A stretch of DNA of 64,000 nt from a virus: the IMG/VR virus record IMGVR_UViG_3300008116_000173, positions 1-64,000 of that record. One strand, written 5' to 3'. Shown one piece after another: positions 1-9,800 of this stretch (positions are counted from its first letter, which is position 1; the number at the start of each line of letters is the position of its first letter). The position numbers were made by a program, and so were the translations under genes. The notes beneath the pieces are model-generated. The model had not been told where the DNA came from, ran no database searches, and saw only the letters and a program-made list of their open reading frames with translations.

Positions 1-1161
1 AAAGCTAAAACAATAGCACAAGGTATAGCCGCTACTAAAAAATGGCACAGAGAAAATCCTGAATATACTAATGGTGGTTGGTTAAATCAATATGAACAAG
101 GTGGTATTAATCCTTTAGAAGCTGATATAATTTCAAAAGTTATAATGCAAAGGAATAAAGATAAAGACTTTGTAAAAAGAGCTTATGCTGTTGGTGAATA
201 CCCAGAATCTAATATGTTTCAACGCAATAGCCCTAATGATTTTGGTGAAAAAGAATCACATTTAATGTCTTGGGGAACAGATGATGAAGGACAAGCTTGG
301 ATGTATCCTAGTATTTTTAATCCTAATAATGAAGCTATTAAAGTTCCTAATGAATATGCAGATTATATTTCTTCTATAGGTTATAAAAAAGCTACAGGTA
401 TAAAATATGAAGAAGGTGGTTATGCTGATGATTCTGCAGTGTTAAATACTGAAGGTCAAGAAGTTAACACTATGCAATTTGCATTACCAACAGTACCTAC
501 TTTTAATTTTGGCAATGGTGATGGTGATGGTGAAGATCCTAAAGATAAAAAAAAGTCTAAAGATAAAAAAACTGATACTAGAACAATAGGTCAAAAAAGA
601 CATGATGCATTAGAAGCTGCTAAAACTAAAATCTTAAAAACTGAAAGTCCAGAAAACAAGAAAAAAATGGACATGTTATACAGCACTACTATAGCTGCTG
701 AAAATACATATGGGTATGACCCTAATGCTTATGGTAGAAAAAAACAAACACGTTCACCAATGTCAATTGATAATATTGCATTAGATGAATTGTTTAACCC
801 TAAAGGTGAAAAAAATCGTTATACACTACAACAAAAATTAAATTTTGATTTGTTGAGAAGTTTAGGTTTACCTACTGATAAAGCTAAGTTAAAAGAACTA
901 TTAGAAACAGATGATGCTTATGCTGGATTAGGTGCTGCTAAAACACTTTACTATAATGAAGGCGCTTTAAAAAATTTACCTAATCCTACAGATACTGCAG
1001 CTTATATAAATTTATATTTAAATGAATATAATAAAAGCGGTGCTTTAAAATATCAAAAAAGAAATGAATTAATTGATAATATTACTAATAAGATGAGGGC
1101 TGAAGGTAAACGTAAAACTAAAACTATTAAGCCAGTTGTTAAAAATAAAACTACTAAATAA
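1..1161 (+). CDS. Virion cargo protein, 5'-partial, with xxGG motifs and a C-terminal lysozyme-like domain
   Basis: Frame 1 is open from base 1 (KAKTIAQGIAATKKWHRENPEYTNGG...), so the 145 start is internal. YTNGG/YEQGG/YEEGG motifs. The C-terminal IAAENTYG...AYAGLGAAKTLY...LP...YN pattern resembles phage lysozyme-fold domains. Confidence 0.55.
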   Translation, partial: KAKTIAQGIAATKKWHRENPEYTNGGWLNQYEQGGINPLEADIISKVIMQRNKDKDFVKRAYAVGEYPESNMFQRNSPNDFGEKESHLMSWGTDDEGQAWMYPSIFNPNNEAIKVPNEYADYISSIGYKKATGIKYEEGGYADDSAVLNTEGQEVNTMQFALPTVPTFNFGNGDGDGEDPKDKKKSKDKKTDTRTIGQKRHDALEAAKTKILKTESPENKKKMDMLYSTTIAAENTYGYDPNAYGRKKQTRSPMSIDNIALDELFNPKGEKNRYTLQQKLNFDLLRSLGLPTDKAKLKELLETDDAYAGLGAAKTLYYNEGALKNLPNPTDTAAYINLYLNEYNKSGALKYQKRNELIDNITNKMRAEGKRKTKTIKPVVKNKTTK

Positions 1162-4100
1162 TGAAATCTAAATTATTAAAATTAGCAAACGTTAAATCTG
1201 AACAGGAATTTTATAAAAAATATCCTACTGAAGATGCTTTTTTAAAAGCTTTTCCTAAAATGAAAAGTGAACTTAAACAGTTTGCTAATGGTGGACCTGG
1301 TGATGGTGACGGTGATTCTAAACGTAAAACTAAATATCCAGTATTAGATGTTAGTAAAATTAAACCTAAAAGTACTGCTGATAGTGTTATAACATGGGCA
1401 CAATTACCTATTGCTCAAGCAGCTATTGCAAGTAGAATGGCTAAGGGTGAATTTAATAATTTATCAACAGATCAATTAAAAGATTCTGTTAACAATATGT
1501 ATAAAAGTTTTGGTGTTAATCCTGACTTATTATATAATTCAGGTAAAACAATGGATTCAGCATTATCATATTATAAAAATGAAAATGGTGATTACGTAGG
1601 TTTTATACCTAAAGATGCTTATGCTCCTAAAGCTTGGAACCCAGAATATATAACTACTCAAACTAGGTCACAAGCTATGCAATCTTCAAAAGGTAAAAAA
1701 GTAAATTCTGATTTTGCAATAATCAATATTAATGATATAACTGGTGATAAAAAACAAGTAACATTACCTGGTAGAGATAGTGAAAGAATAATTGTATCAT
1801 TAAAAGATAAGGATAAAACTAAACCTTTAATGTTAAAAACAAGAAATGATGCTGCTGAAACTAATCTTTTAAATGCTAATCCAAATTTAACAGGTTGGAA
1901 TACTGTAAAAAATTATTATAATGATCCATCATTTAATCAAGAAATAAATGCACTTTCCCCTACATCAGAAAACCCAAATAATAAAGTAACACGTACTTTT
2001 ACTCCTAACTTTATAATGAAGCAAAGAGCATATGGTGGTTTACAAGAATATGCTGATGGTGGTAAAATAATGAAAGATATTGGTGCTGGTGCTTATGGTA
2101 TTGGTGAAGGTATATTAGATACGGCTACTTTTGGTTTAACAGATCAATTAACTGATAAAGGTTATACAGCTTTGCAAAAAGCTGGTGGTACTACTAATGA
2201 AGAAGAACTTAAACAACAAAATGCTATCCGTGGTGGTGGTAATATTGCAGGTGCTGTAGGCACAGCTATATTTACTGGTGGTGCTACTACGGGTGCTGCT
2301 ATAGGTCAAGGTGCTAAAGGTGCTAATGAAATTGTACAAAACACTAATATAGTTCCTGATGAATATAAACAAACTGCAGGTTCAATAATTAACCTTGCAG
2401 GTATGGCTGGTAGTATGGCTGCTGGTTCACCAAGCTCTTTATCAAATCCTGCAGCAACTCAATTTATGAATAGTAATTTTACACAAGGTGTACAACAAAT
2501 GAATAAATATAAACCTTTTATGAATGCCGTAGGTTTTAGAAACGGTGGTATTCAACAATATGTAGATGGTGGTATGGGACCTAATGCTGAAGTAGAAAAA
2601 CAAGAAAACACAGTAGCTCCTGATGGCACTTTTACACAATATAATGGTCCATCACATGAAGATGGTGGTATAGAAACAACTTTAGATCAAGGTGAAATGA
2701 TATTCTCTGATAAATTAAAACCAATAGGTTCTAAAAAAACATATGCTCAATTAAATAAATCGTTTAATACTCAAAAAGAAGATGAGTTATTAAATGACCC
2801 TAAAACAAATGCTGTACAAAAATTAACAGCTGCAATGATGCGTAGAGCTAAATTAACACAATCTATTGCTTTATTCCAAAACCAAGAACAACAGAAAGAA
2901 GCTAAAGTACAAGCTTATGCTGATAAAATGGGTGTTCCTGTTTTAACTCCTAACAGTCAAGCTGAAGAACAAATGGCTAATGAATCACAAGAAATGGGTG
3001 AAGAAATGCCAATGGCTAGAATGGGTGGTATGATTAAACGTGCTGATGGTAGTTATTCTAAACGTGGTTTATGGGATAATATTAGGGCTAATAAAGGTAG
3101 TGGTAAGAAGCCTACTCCTGAAATGTTAAAACAAGAAGCTAAGATTAAAGCTCAATATGCTATGGGTGGTCCTACTGATCCTCCTTTAACTCCAGAAGAA
3201 CTTAAATGGTTAGCTACAAGCTTAAGAGGAATAGAAAGTGCTAAATATTTATCTGGTCGATATCCTGATAATACCATGCCTGGTGGGACAGCGGACAGAA
3301 TTAAAGAATTAACCGGACCACAAAAACTTCAGTTACAAAAGTATATGCAAAATACTGATGTAATAACAGATATGATAGAAGGTATTACTCCAAATATTGA
3401 ATTTTTTAACCCTAAGCCAAAAAATAGTAAATTAGCTATGGGTGGTATGATATATGCTAATGGTGGTAGTTTTGATAACCCTGGTTTTAAAGCATTACCT
3501 GAAGCTGTACAACAAAAGATTATGGCTAACTATGAAATGGGTGGTATGTTGAAAGATACTGAAATGGATTACACACCTATGGAAGGTGAAGAATACATGG
3601 AGTATAAAAAAGGTGGTATATATATTAAACCTGAAAACCGTGGTAAGTTTAGTGCTGCAGCTAAAAGGGCTGGTATGGGCACACAAGCTTACGCTAAACA
3701 CATTTTAGCTAATAAAGAGAATTATAGTTCAACATTAGTTAAACGTGCTAATTTTGCACGTAATGCAGCTAAATGGCATCATGAAATGGGTGGTTTACAA
3801 CAATTTGCTGAAGCTGGTATGTATGGTGATCCACTTAAACCAGCTTGGCAAACATCATCAACACCTACAGCTGCATCAGCTGGTATTGCTAATCAAGGTA
3901 ATACTTTTGTTGCTTCTTCACCAGTTTCAGAACCTAGAAGAAATCTGCTTGCTATTCGTAAATTAGATGAAAGAACTTTTAATAATAATAAACCATCTAA
4001 TAAATTACTTTCAGGAGAAACAAAGCTTAATTTTGGTCCTAAAATTAAACTTGATGACGATAATTGGTCAAAAAATAATTTAACTTTTAATCCTCTTAAA

Positions 4101-4718
4101 TACAAAGGACAATCTAAATCTGAAGGAGAATCTTTTGATTGGCAAAATGCTGCAGGTATTGCATGTGTAGGCTTATTAAGTAATGCTGGTAATATATATA
4201 ATATTGCACGTGGTTTACAAAAACCTGAAGATTGGCAATATGAACGTGCTACAGCACAGTATTTAGATCCTAGTGCTGATTTAGCTGAAAATGCTAGAAT
4301 GTACCAAGAAGCTAAACGTGCTTCTCAATATGCTTCAGCAGGTAATGCTACTAATTATTTAGCTAATACTGCTGCAGGTAGAGCTGCTAAAATGAATGCT
4401 GATAGACTTGTTAGAACTAATTATAGTAATGCTAATGCTCAGATAGCCAATCAGTTAGGTTTATTTAATACACAAATAGCTAATGCTGAAATGAATGCTA
4501 AACAACAAGATGAAGCACAACGCAGAAATTTAATTGGTCAAGGTATGTCAGGTATTGGTGAAAATGTATTAGGTTTCACAGGTGATTTAATGCGTATGAA
4601 TGCTTATAATAATTACTTTGATAATCCTGACTTTAAAAAAACAACTAAAGGTTTACCTACATTAGGTGGTACTAGATCTAGTACTAGAGGTAGTAGTATA
4701 GGTAAAACAGGTGTATAA
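1161..4718 (+). CDS. Modular virion cargo/ejection protein with ~12 xxGG motifs and Gly/Ala-rich membrane-like segments
   Basis: 1185 aa; AEVEKQE...GPSHEDGGI...IFSDKL block; hydrophobic Gly-rich stretches; lies upstream of the virion RNAP as in crAss-like phages. Confidence 0.6.
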   Translation: MKSKLLKLANVKSEQEFYKKYPTEDAFLKAFPKMKSELKQFANGGPGDGDGDSKRKTKYPVLDVSKIKPKSTADSVITWAQLPIAQAAIASRMAKGEFNNLSTDQLKDSVNNMYKSFGVNPDLLYNSGKTMDSALSYYKNENGDYVGFIPKDAYAPKAWNPEYITTQTRSQAMQSSKGKKVNSDFAIININDITGDKKQVTLPGRDSERIIVSLKDKDKTKPLMLKTRNDAAETNLLNANPNLTGWNTVKNYYNDPSFNQEINALSPTSENPNNKVTRTFTPNFIMKQRAYGGLQEYADGGKIMKDIGAGAYGIGEGILDTATFGLTDQLTDKGYTALQKAGGTTNEEELKQQNAIRGGGNIAGAVGTAIFTGGATTGAAIGQGAKGANEIVQNTNIVPDEYKQTAGSIINLAGMAGSMAAGSPSSLSNPAATQFMNSNFTQGVQQMNKYKPFMNAVGFRNGGIQQYVDGGMGPNAEVEKQENTVAPDGTFTQYNGPSHEDGGIETTLDQGEMIFSDKLKPIGSKKTYAQLNKSFNTQKEDELLNDPKTNAVQKLTAAMMRRAKLTQSIALFQNQEQQKEAKVQAYADKMGVPVLTPNSQAEEQMANESQEMGEEMPMARMGGMIKRADGSYSKRGLWDNIRANKGSGKKPTPEMLKQEAKIKAQYAMGGPTDPPLTPEELKWLATSLRGIESAKYLSGRYPDNTMPGGTADRIKELTGPQKLQLQKYMQNTDVITDMIEGITPNIEFFNPKPKNSKLAMGGMIYANGGSFDNPGFKALPEAVQQKIMANYEMGGMLKDTEMDYTPMEGEEYMEYKKGGIYIKPENRGKFSAAAKRAGMGTQAYAKHILANKENYSSTLVKRANFARNAAKWHHEMGGLQQFAEAGMYGDPLKPAWQTSSTPTAASAGIANQGNTFVASSPVSEPRRNLLAIRKLDERTFNNNKPSNKLLSGETKLNFGPKIKLDDDNWSKNNLTFNPLKYKGQSKSEGESFDWQNAAGIACVGLLSNAGNIYNIARGLQKPEDWQYERATAQYLDPSADLAENARMYQEAKRASQYASAGNATNYLANTAAGRAAKMNADRLVRTNYSNANAQIANQLGLFNTQIANAEMNAKQQDEAQRRNLIGQGMSGIGENVLGFTGDLMRMNAYNNYFDNPDFKKTTKGLPTLGGTRSSTRGSSIGKTGV

Positions 4719-4746
4719 TATTAAAAATAATAATTAACTTTATAAC

Positions 4747-6795
4747 ATGGCAAATAGATTTGACGTAGGTACTCCTCAAAAGTATGTTAGTATATATCCT
4801 TTTCAAGAATTAGCTGCTATAGGTGAAAAACTTAATGCAAGAGCTGGGCAGGCACAACAAAAAATGTCTGCTATTGAAGATGCTATATCTAAAATGGAAG
4901 TAGAAGATCAAGTTATTACTGAAGGTTCTACACTAGGTGATCAATATACTCCTGGAGTTCAATGGGCTAGTACTGGTTATGGTCAATTTAAAAATAATTT
5001 ATTAAATACTGTAAAAACTGCACATGAAGATTTAACAGCTCTTTGGCAAGCAGGTGAAATAAGTATAAGTGATTTAGAACGTCAAAGTAATATATTAAAT
5101 AAAAATATATTAAAAGATTATAATAAATTAAGTTTAGCTGCTGAAAATAGTAAAGTAATTAAAGAAATTAATAAAAAATACCGTGAAAATCAAGATGTAC
5201 CTAATTCACCATTTGTATTAAATACTTTAGCTAAAGCTGGTAGTGAATTTCTTAAAGATCCATTTGCATTAAATTATGTTGGTGCTCCTATAGCTAAATT
5301 ATTAACTGAAATGGATTATGTTAATAAATATGCATCAGGATTTAAAGATAGTGATATTGCACAATTTCAAACTGCTGCTGATAAAAATGGATATATTGAT
5401 TATGGTAAAATAACTGGTGTTACAGCAGATAGAGTAAAAGCAGTTGCTCAAGATGTAGATACTGATCCTGAAATAGGTTCTCAACTTAAACAACAAGCTT
5501 ATAGAGATGTTGCTAACATGATGGATCCTAATAATTCAAACTTTAATGTTGCTGTTCAAAAACAGTATGAAGGTTATAAAAATCAATTTATACAATCTGT
5601 ACTTGCTAAAGCTGTTGGTCAAACTACAACACATAATCTTAAATTTGATAGATTAGGTGAAACTAAAAAGCTTCAAGATGAAATGAATGCTTTACAAGTA
5701 AGTGGTTTAATACCTGGAGATCCGCAAACAATTAATATGGATTCTGCTTTTAAAGATATAACATCTTATAATGATAAAACAAAATCTCATGTTTTAAATA
5801 GAGATCCTTATATAGTTATGCCTGAAGGTTCACGTCAAAGTGGAAATATATTTTTAAATGAACGTGCTGATGTTTCTTTTTTCAAAAATAAAGAAATAAA
5901 TCAACAAAATGAAAAAATTAAAAAACAATTAGCTGATATAGCAATACAATTAAATCAAAAAGCACCTACAAATAAACAAGAAGCTGAAAAATTACTTAAC
6001 GCATATTTAGAAGAAACTAAATATATTCAAGGACAACCAGTAATGGATCCTAAAGAACAAAAAGTAATATCTGAACAATTTAAAAATAATCCTGAAAAAT
6101 TTAGTATTTATGAAGATGGTTATGGTAAAGAAGCTGTTGCTGCTTTAACTCCTGAAGAACGTAAAACATTTAATGCTTTAACACCAGTATCATTTAAATT
6201 AAATAATGGCACATTTATGACTGTTTATAAAGGTTCATACACAGATAAAAATGGTGCTTTAAAACAAATTTATTTAAGAGATATTGATGATACTAAAAAT
6301 TCTTATGTTGATATTTACGCTAACATAAGAAATAATGCAATGAATATTTATCAATCTAATTTTAAAACTAAACTTGAAAATACAAATTCAGAAGAATATA
6401 AAAAATTAAATGCTTTAAATTATAGTTCTCAAGGAGAAAAAATTAAAAAAATTATATCTGGTGCATATGCTGATCAAACAAAATCACTTTTAAAACCTGA
6501 TGCTTTTATAATAAATGATATGCAACAAGATCGTCAAGGTAATATTTATTATACTATTGTTAAAACTAAAGATGATTCTAAATTAGATCAAAAAAATATT
6601 AAAATACCTGATACAGAACAAATAGTATTTAAAATAGTTAATACAGAGCAAGGTCCTACTATGTATCTTGTTGGTAATATATCTCAAGATCTTTATAATT
6701 CTGTTACAAATAGTTATATAAAAACAAAAGCTGGACAATCTAATTTTCCACAAAAAAAATTAACTGAATATGTTAATTTTAACGATAATGATTAA
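4747..6795 (+). CDS. Putative ejection/cargo protein
   Basis: 682 aa, helical; MANRF...YVSIYPFQEL start; adjacent to the RNAP gene. Confidence 0.5.
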   Translation: MANRFDVGTPQKYVSIYPFQELAAIGEKLNARAGQAQQKMSAIEDAISKMEVEDQVITEGSTLGDQYTPGVQWASTGYGQFKNNLLNTVKTAHEDLTALWQAGEISISDLERQSNILNKNILKDYNKLSLAAENSKVIKEINKKYRENQDVPNSPFVLNTLAKAGSEFLKDPFALNYVGAPIAKLLTEMDYVNKYASGFKDSDIAQFQTAADKNGYIDYGKITGVTADRVKAVAQDVDTDPEIGSQLKQQAYRDVANMMDPNNSNFNVAVQKQYEGYKNQFIQSVLAKAVGQTTTHNLKFDRLGETKKLQDEMNALQVSGLIPGDPQTINMDSAFKDITSYNDKTKSHVLNRDPYIVMPEGSRQSGNIFLNERADVSFFKNKEINQQNEKIKKQLADIAIQLNQKAPTNKQEAEKLLNAYLEETKYIQGQPVMDPKEQKVISEQFKNNPEKFSIYEDGYGKEAVAALTPEERKTFNALTPVSFKLNNGTFMTVYKGSYTDKNGALKQIYLRDIDDTKNSYVDIYANIRNNAMNIYQSNFKTKLENTNSEEYKKLNALNYSSQGEKIKKIISGAYADQTKSLLKPDAFIINDMQQDRQGNIYYTIVKTKDDSKLDQKNIKIPDTEQIVFKIVNTEQGPTMYLVGNISQDLYNSVTNSYIKTKAGQSNFPQKKLTEYVNFNDND

Positions 6796-6821
6796 ATAAT
6801 CAATTTATTAAAATTATTTAA

Positions 6822-9800
6822 ATGGGCAAAAAACAAAATATTAAGCAACCTATTATTATTGATGGTGTCAAACTTGGTGGCGTTGAACCAAGTGTAAAAG
6901 ATGTTACAGTATCAGATTATAGTCCAGTATTAACTACATTATCTCCAGATAATACATTTGGTGAATCTAAATATGATCTTGAAAAACCATGGTCTGTTGA
7001 AGAAATACAAAGTGGTGATTATGAACTGTATAGAGGTAAAGCTCAAAATGGTTTTGCACAATTAGGTCTTGGCTTACTTAGAGCTACTGGCAAAGCATTA
7101 CTTGAAGGTGTTAAAACACCTGGTTATTTGTATGCATTAGGTGATGCTATGCGTCCTGGTGTAACATTAGATCAAGCACTTGATAATTCTTTTATTAAAG
7201 CTTTTGAAGGTGTTGAAGAAAGTATGAAAGAAGCTATGCCTGTTTATCAATCTTATAAATCAGGTAGAGGTGGATTAGTTGATAATTTATTTTCAACATC
7301 ATTTTGGGGATCTGAAGGTGCTGATGGTGTAGGTTATATGGCTGGTTTATTTATACCTGGTGCTGGTATAAAAGCATTAGGTATGGCTGGTAAAATTGCT
7401 AAATTAAGCAGGGGTACTAAGATATTAGGTGGTGCTGAAAAGATAGGTGAAATGGCTGAATTAGGTACTATTACATTAGTTAATACTATAGCTGAAGCTG
7501 GTGCTGAAGCTAAAGGATTAGCAGATAATCTTAAAATACAATTTAGAGATAGATTAAATCCTGACTCACCTAATTACAATCCTATTAATCCTAGTACAGG
7601 TCAAGTATGGACAGAAAAAGAAATATCTGAAGCTATAGCTGACAATACAAGAAATTTATTTACTGAAAACTTTGCTTTATTAGTAGGACCTAATTTATTA
7701 ATGAATAAATTTTTATTAGGTCGTTTTGCTAAAGATAAAAAGATACTAGATAGTTTTAGAGATGCTAATGGTAATTTAATATCTAACCCTGTAGTTAAAC
7801 GTAAATTACTTTCTGAATATGGTAAAAAAATAGGTTTAGGTTTAGGTAGTGAAGGTTTTTTTGAAGAAGGTAGTCAATTTGCACTTGAAAATTATCATAA
7901 TAAAAAAGCATTTAATGAAACTAATAAAAACCTTTTAGATGGTTTTATTAATGAATACTATAATGGTTTAAGTAACATTGATGGTCAAAAATCAATAGCA
8001 TTAGGTGCTATACTTGGTGGTTTTGGTGGTGCTATAGGTCAGTACAGACAGAATAAAGCTGAAAGTAAAATGCGTCCTAAAATCAGTAAACTTATTGATA
8101 TGAATTTTGATGGGTTTGCTGCTGATACAGATATTTATGACAGGGATGAAAATGGTAATATTATTAAAGTAAATGTTGAAAAACAATTAGCTTATTTTGC
8201 TAATATGGCTAGTGAAATGAAAGCATCACAATTAGCTGATGCTGCAACATTAGCAGATGATCCTGTATTACATGATCTTATTCAAAGTGATCAATTTGCA
8301 AGGTTTGCTGTACCTTTTATTCAATTAGGTGATGTAGGTTTAGAAATATTAGATGAAAAAATTGATAAAGCATCAGAAACTAGAGAGTTACGTGATAATG
8401 AATTATTAGGTCAAGATAAAACTAAATTTAAATTAGATTTTAATGAACAGCAATGGAAACAGAATCTTAAAAACAGTGCTAAACAATTAGCAGCTGCTTA
8501 TAATGGTTCTATTGAATTAGCTAATAAATTACCTTTTCTTGAAGAAGCTGCTGCTAAAAATCCTAAATATGCAGCTGATTACATTAATGTTTTAGCTAAC
8601 ATGATGTATTTTGAAACATCTAAACAGATGTTTTATGTAGAACAAATAAGTAAACTAAATGCTCAAATTTTAGATATAGATAACAGTGATAAAAGATTTT
8701 TACCACAGAATGAAGCTTTTCGTGAAAAATTTGTTAAACAAATTGAATCATTAGAAAAACTATTATCAGAATCTAAAGAAAATTATAAAATTTTGTTTGA
8801 TGAAAATGAACAAAGTAAAGCATATGATGAATATATAAAAGATAGAAAAGAAGAAGAAAATTTAGCACAACAAGCACAAGCTGAAGTTGATGCTGTTAAT
8901 AATGAATTTGATCCTGTTAATAATCCTCAAGGTGCAGCTAAAGAACAAGCAGCTGCTGCAAGTAATGTTGCTGAAGATCTTAAAAATGAATTTGGTAATA
9001 CACAAACTAATCCACCAACACTTAATGAAATATTAAATCAAAGTCAAGGTGACCGTGCACCTGCACCTACATTAAGTGATGTATTAAATCAAACTGCTCA
9101 ACAAACTCCTGTTTCTACAGATGCTAAGAAAGCTGATATAGAAAAAAATTATTTTATAGTTACAATGTCTGGCTCTAGAACTATTGAGCAATTAAAATCA
9201 GAAAAAAATCCTGATTTTATAGGAGACTATGAATTTTTAGATTTAGGAGATGGTTTAGTAGCATGGAAAACACCTAAAGATCCAAAATCAACAATTCAAC
9301 AATATTTAATTGCAGATACTAAATCAAATAGTAAATTAATACATAAAACATCTAAAGATGTAAAAGGTAATTTTGCAAGAATAAATGAACCTAATGTAAA
9401 AGCAGATGCTAAGTCTAGTAATGATAATTATGAATTAAGATTAAATAGATTAAATGAAGCTATTTCAAAAATTAATAATGCAGAACTAGCTGCTTTAGAA
9501 GGTAGTAAACCTGCTGAACCAATTGCTACTCAAACACCTGTTACATCAACTGTATCTGATGAAGATCAAGATGAAGTATCTAAACAAATAAATAATGTAT
9601 CAGTTTATTCTCATACTGATGATTATGATAATGTTGATAAAATACCTTTAAACTCAATAGAAGGTAAAATAAAACAACTCTGGAATGATTTCAGAATGCT
9701 TTTATTTAAAGGTAAAAAAATAGGTAAACAATATTTATTTGATCGTAATGAAAATGGTTTGCCTAATTATGAAAATAAATCAGGTATTGATGTTACTGCT

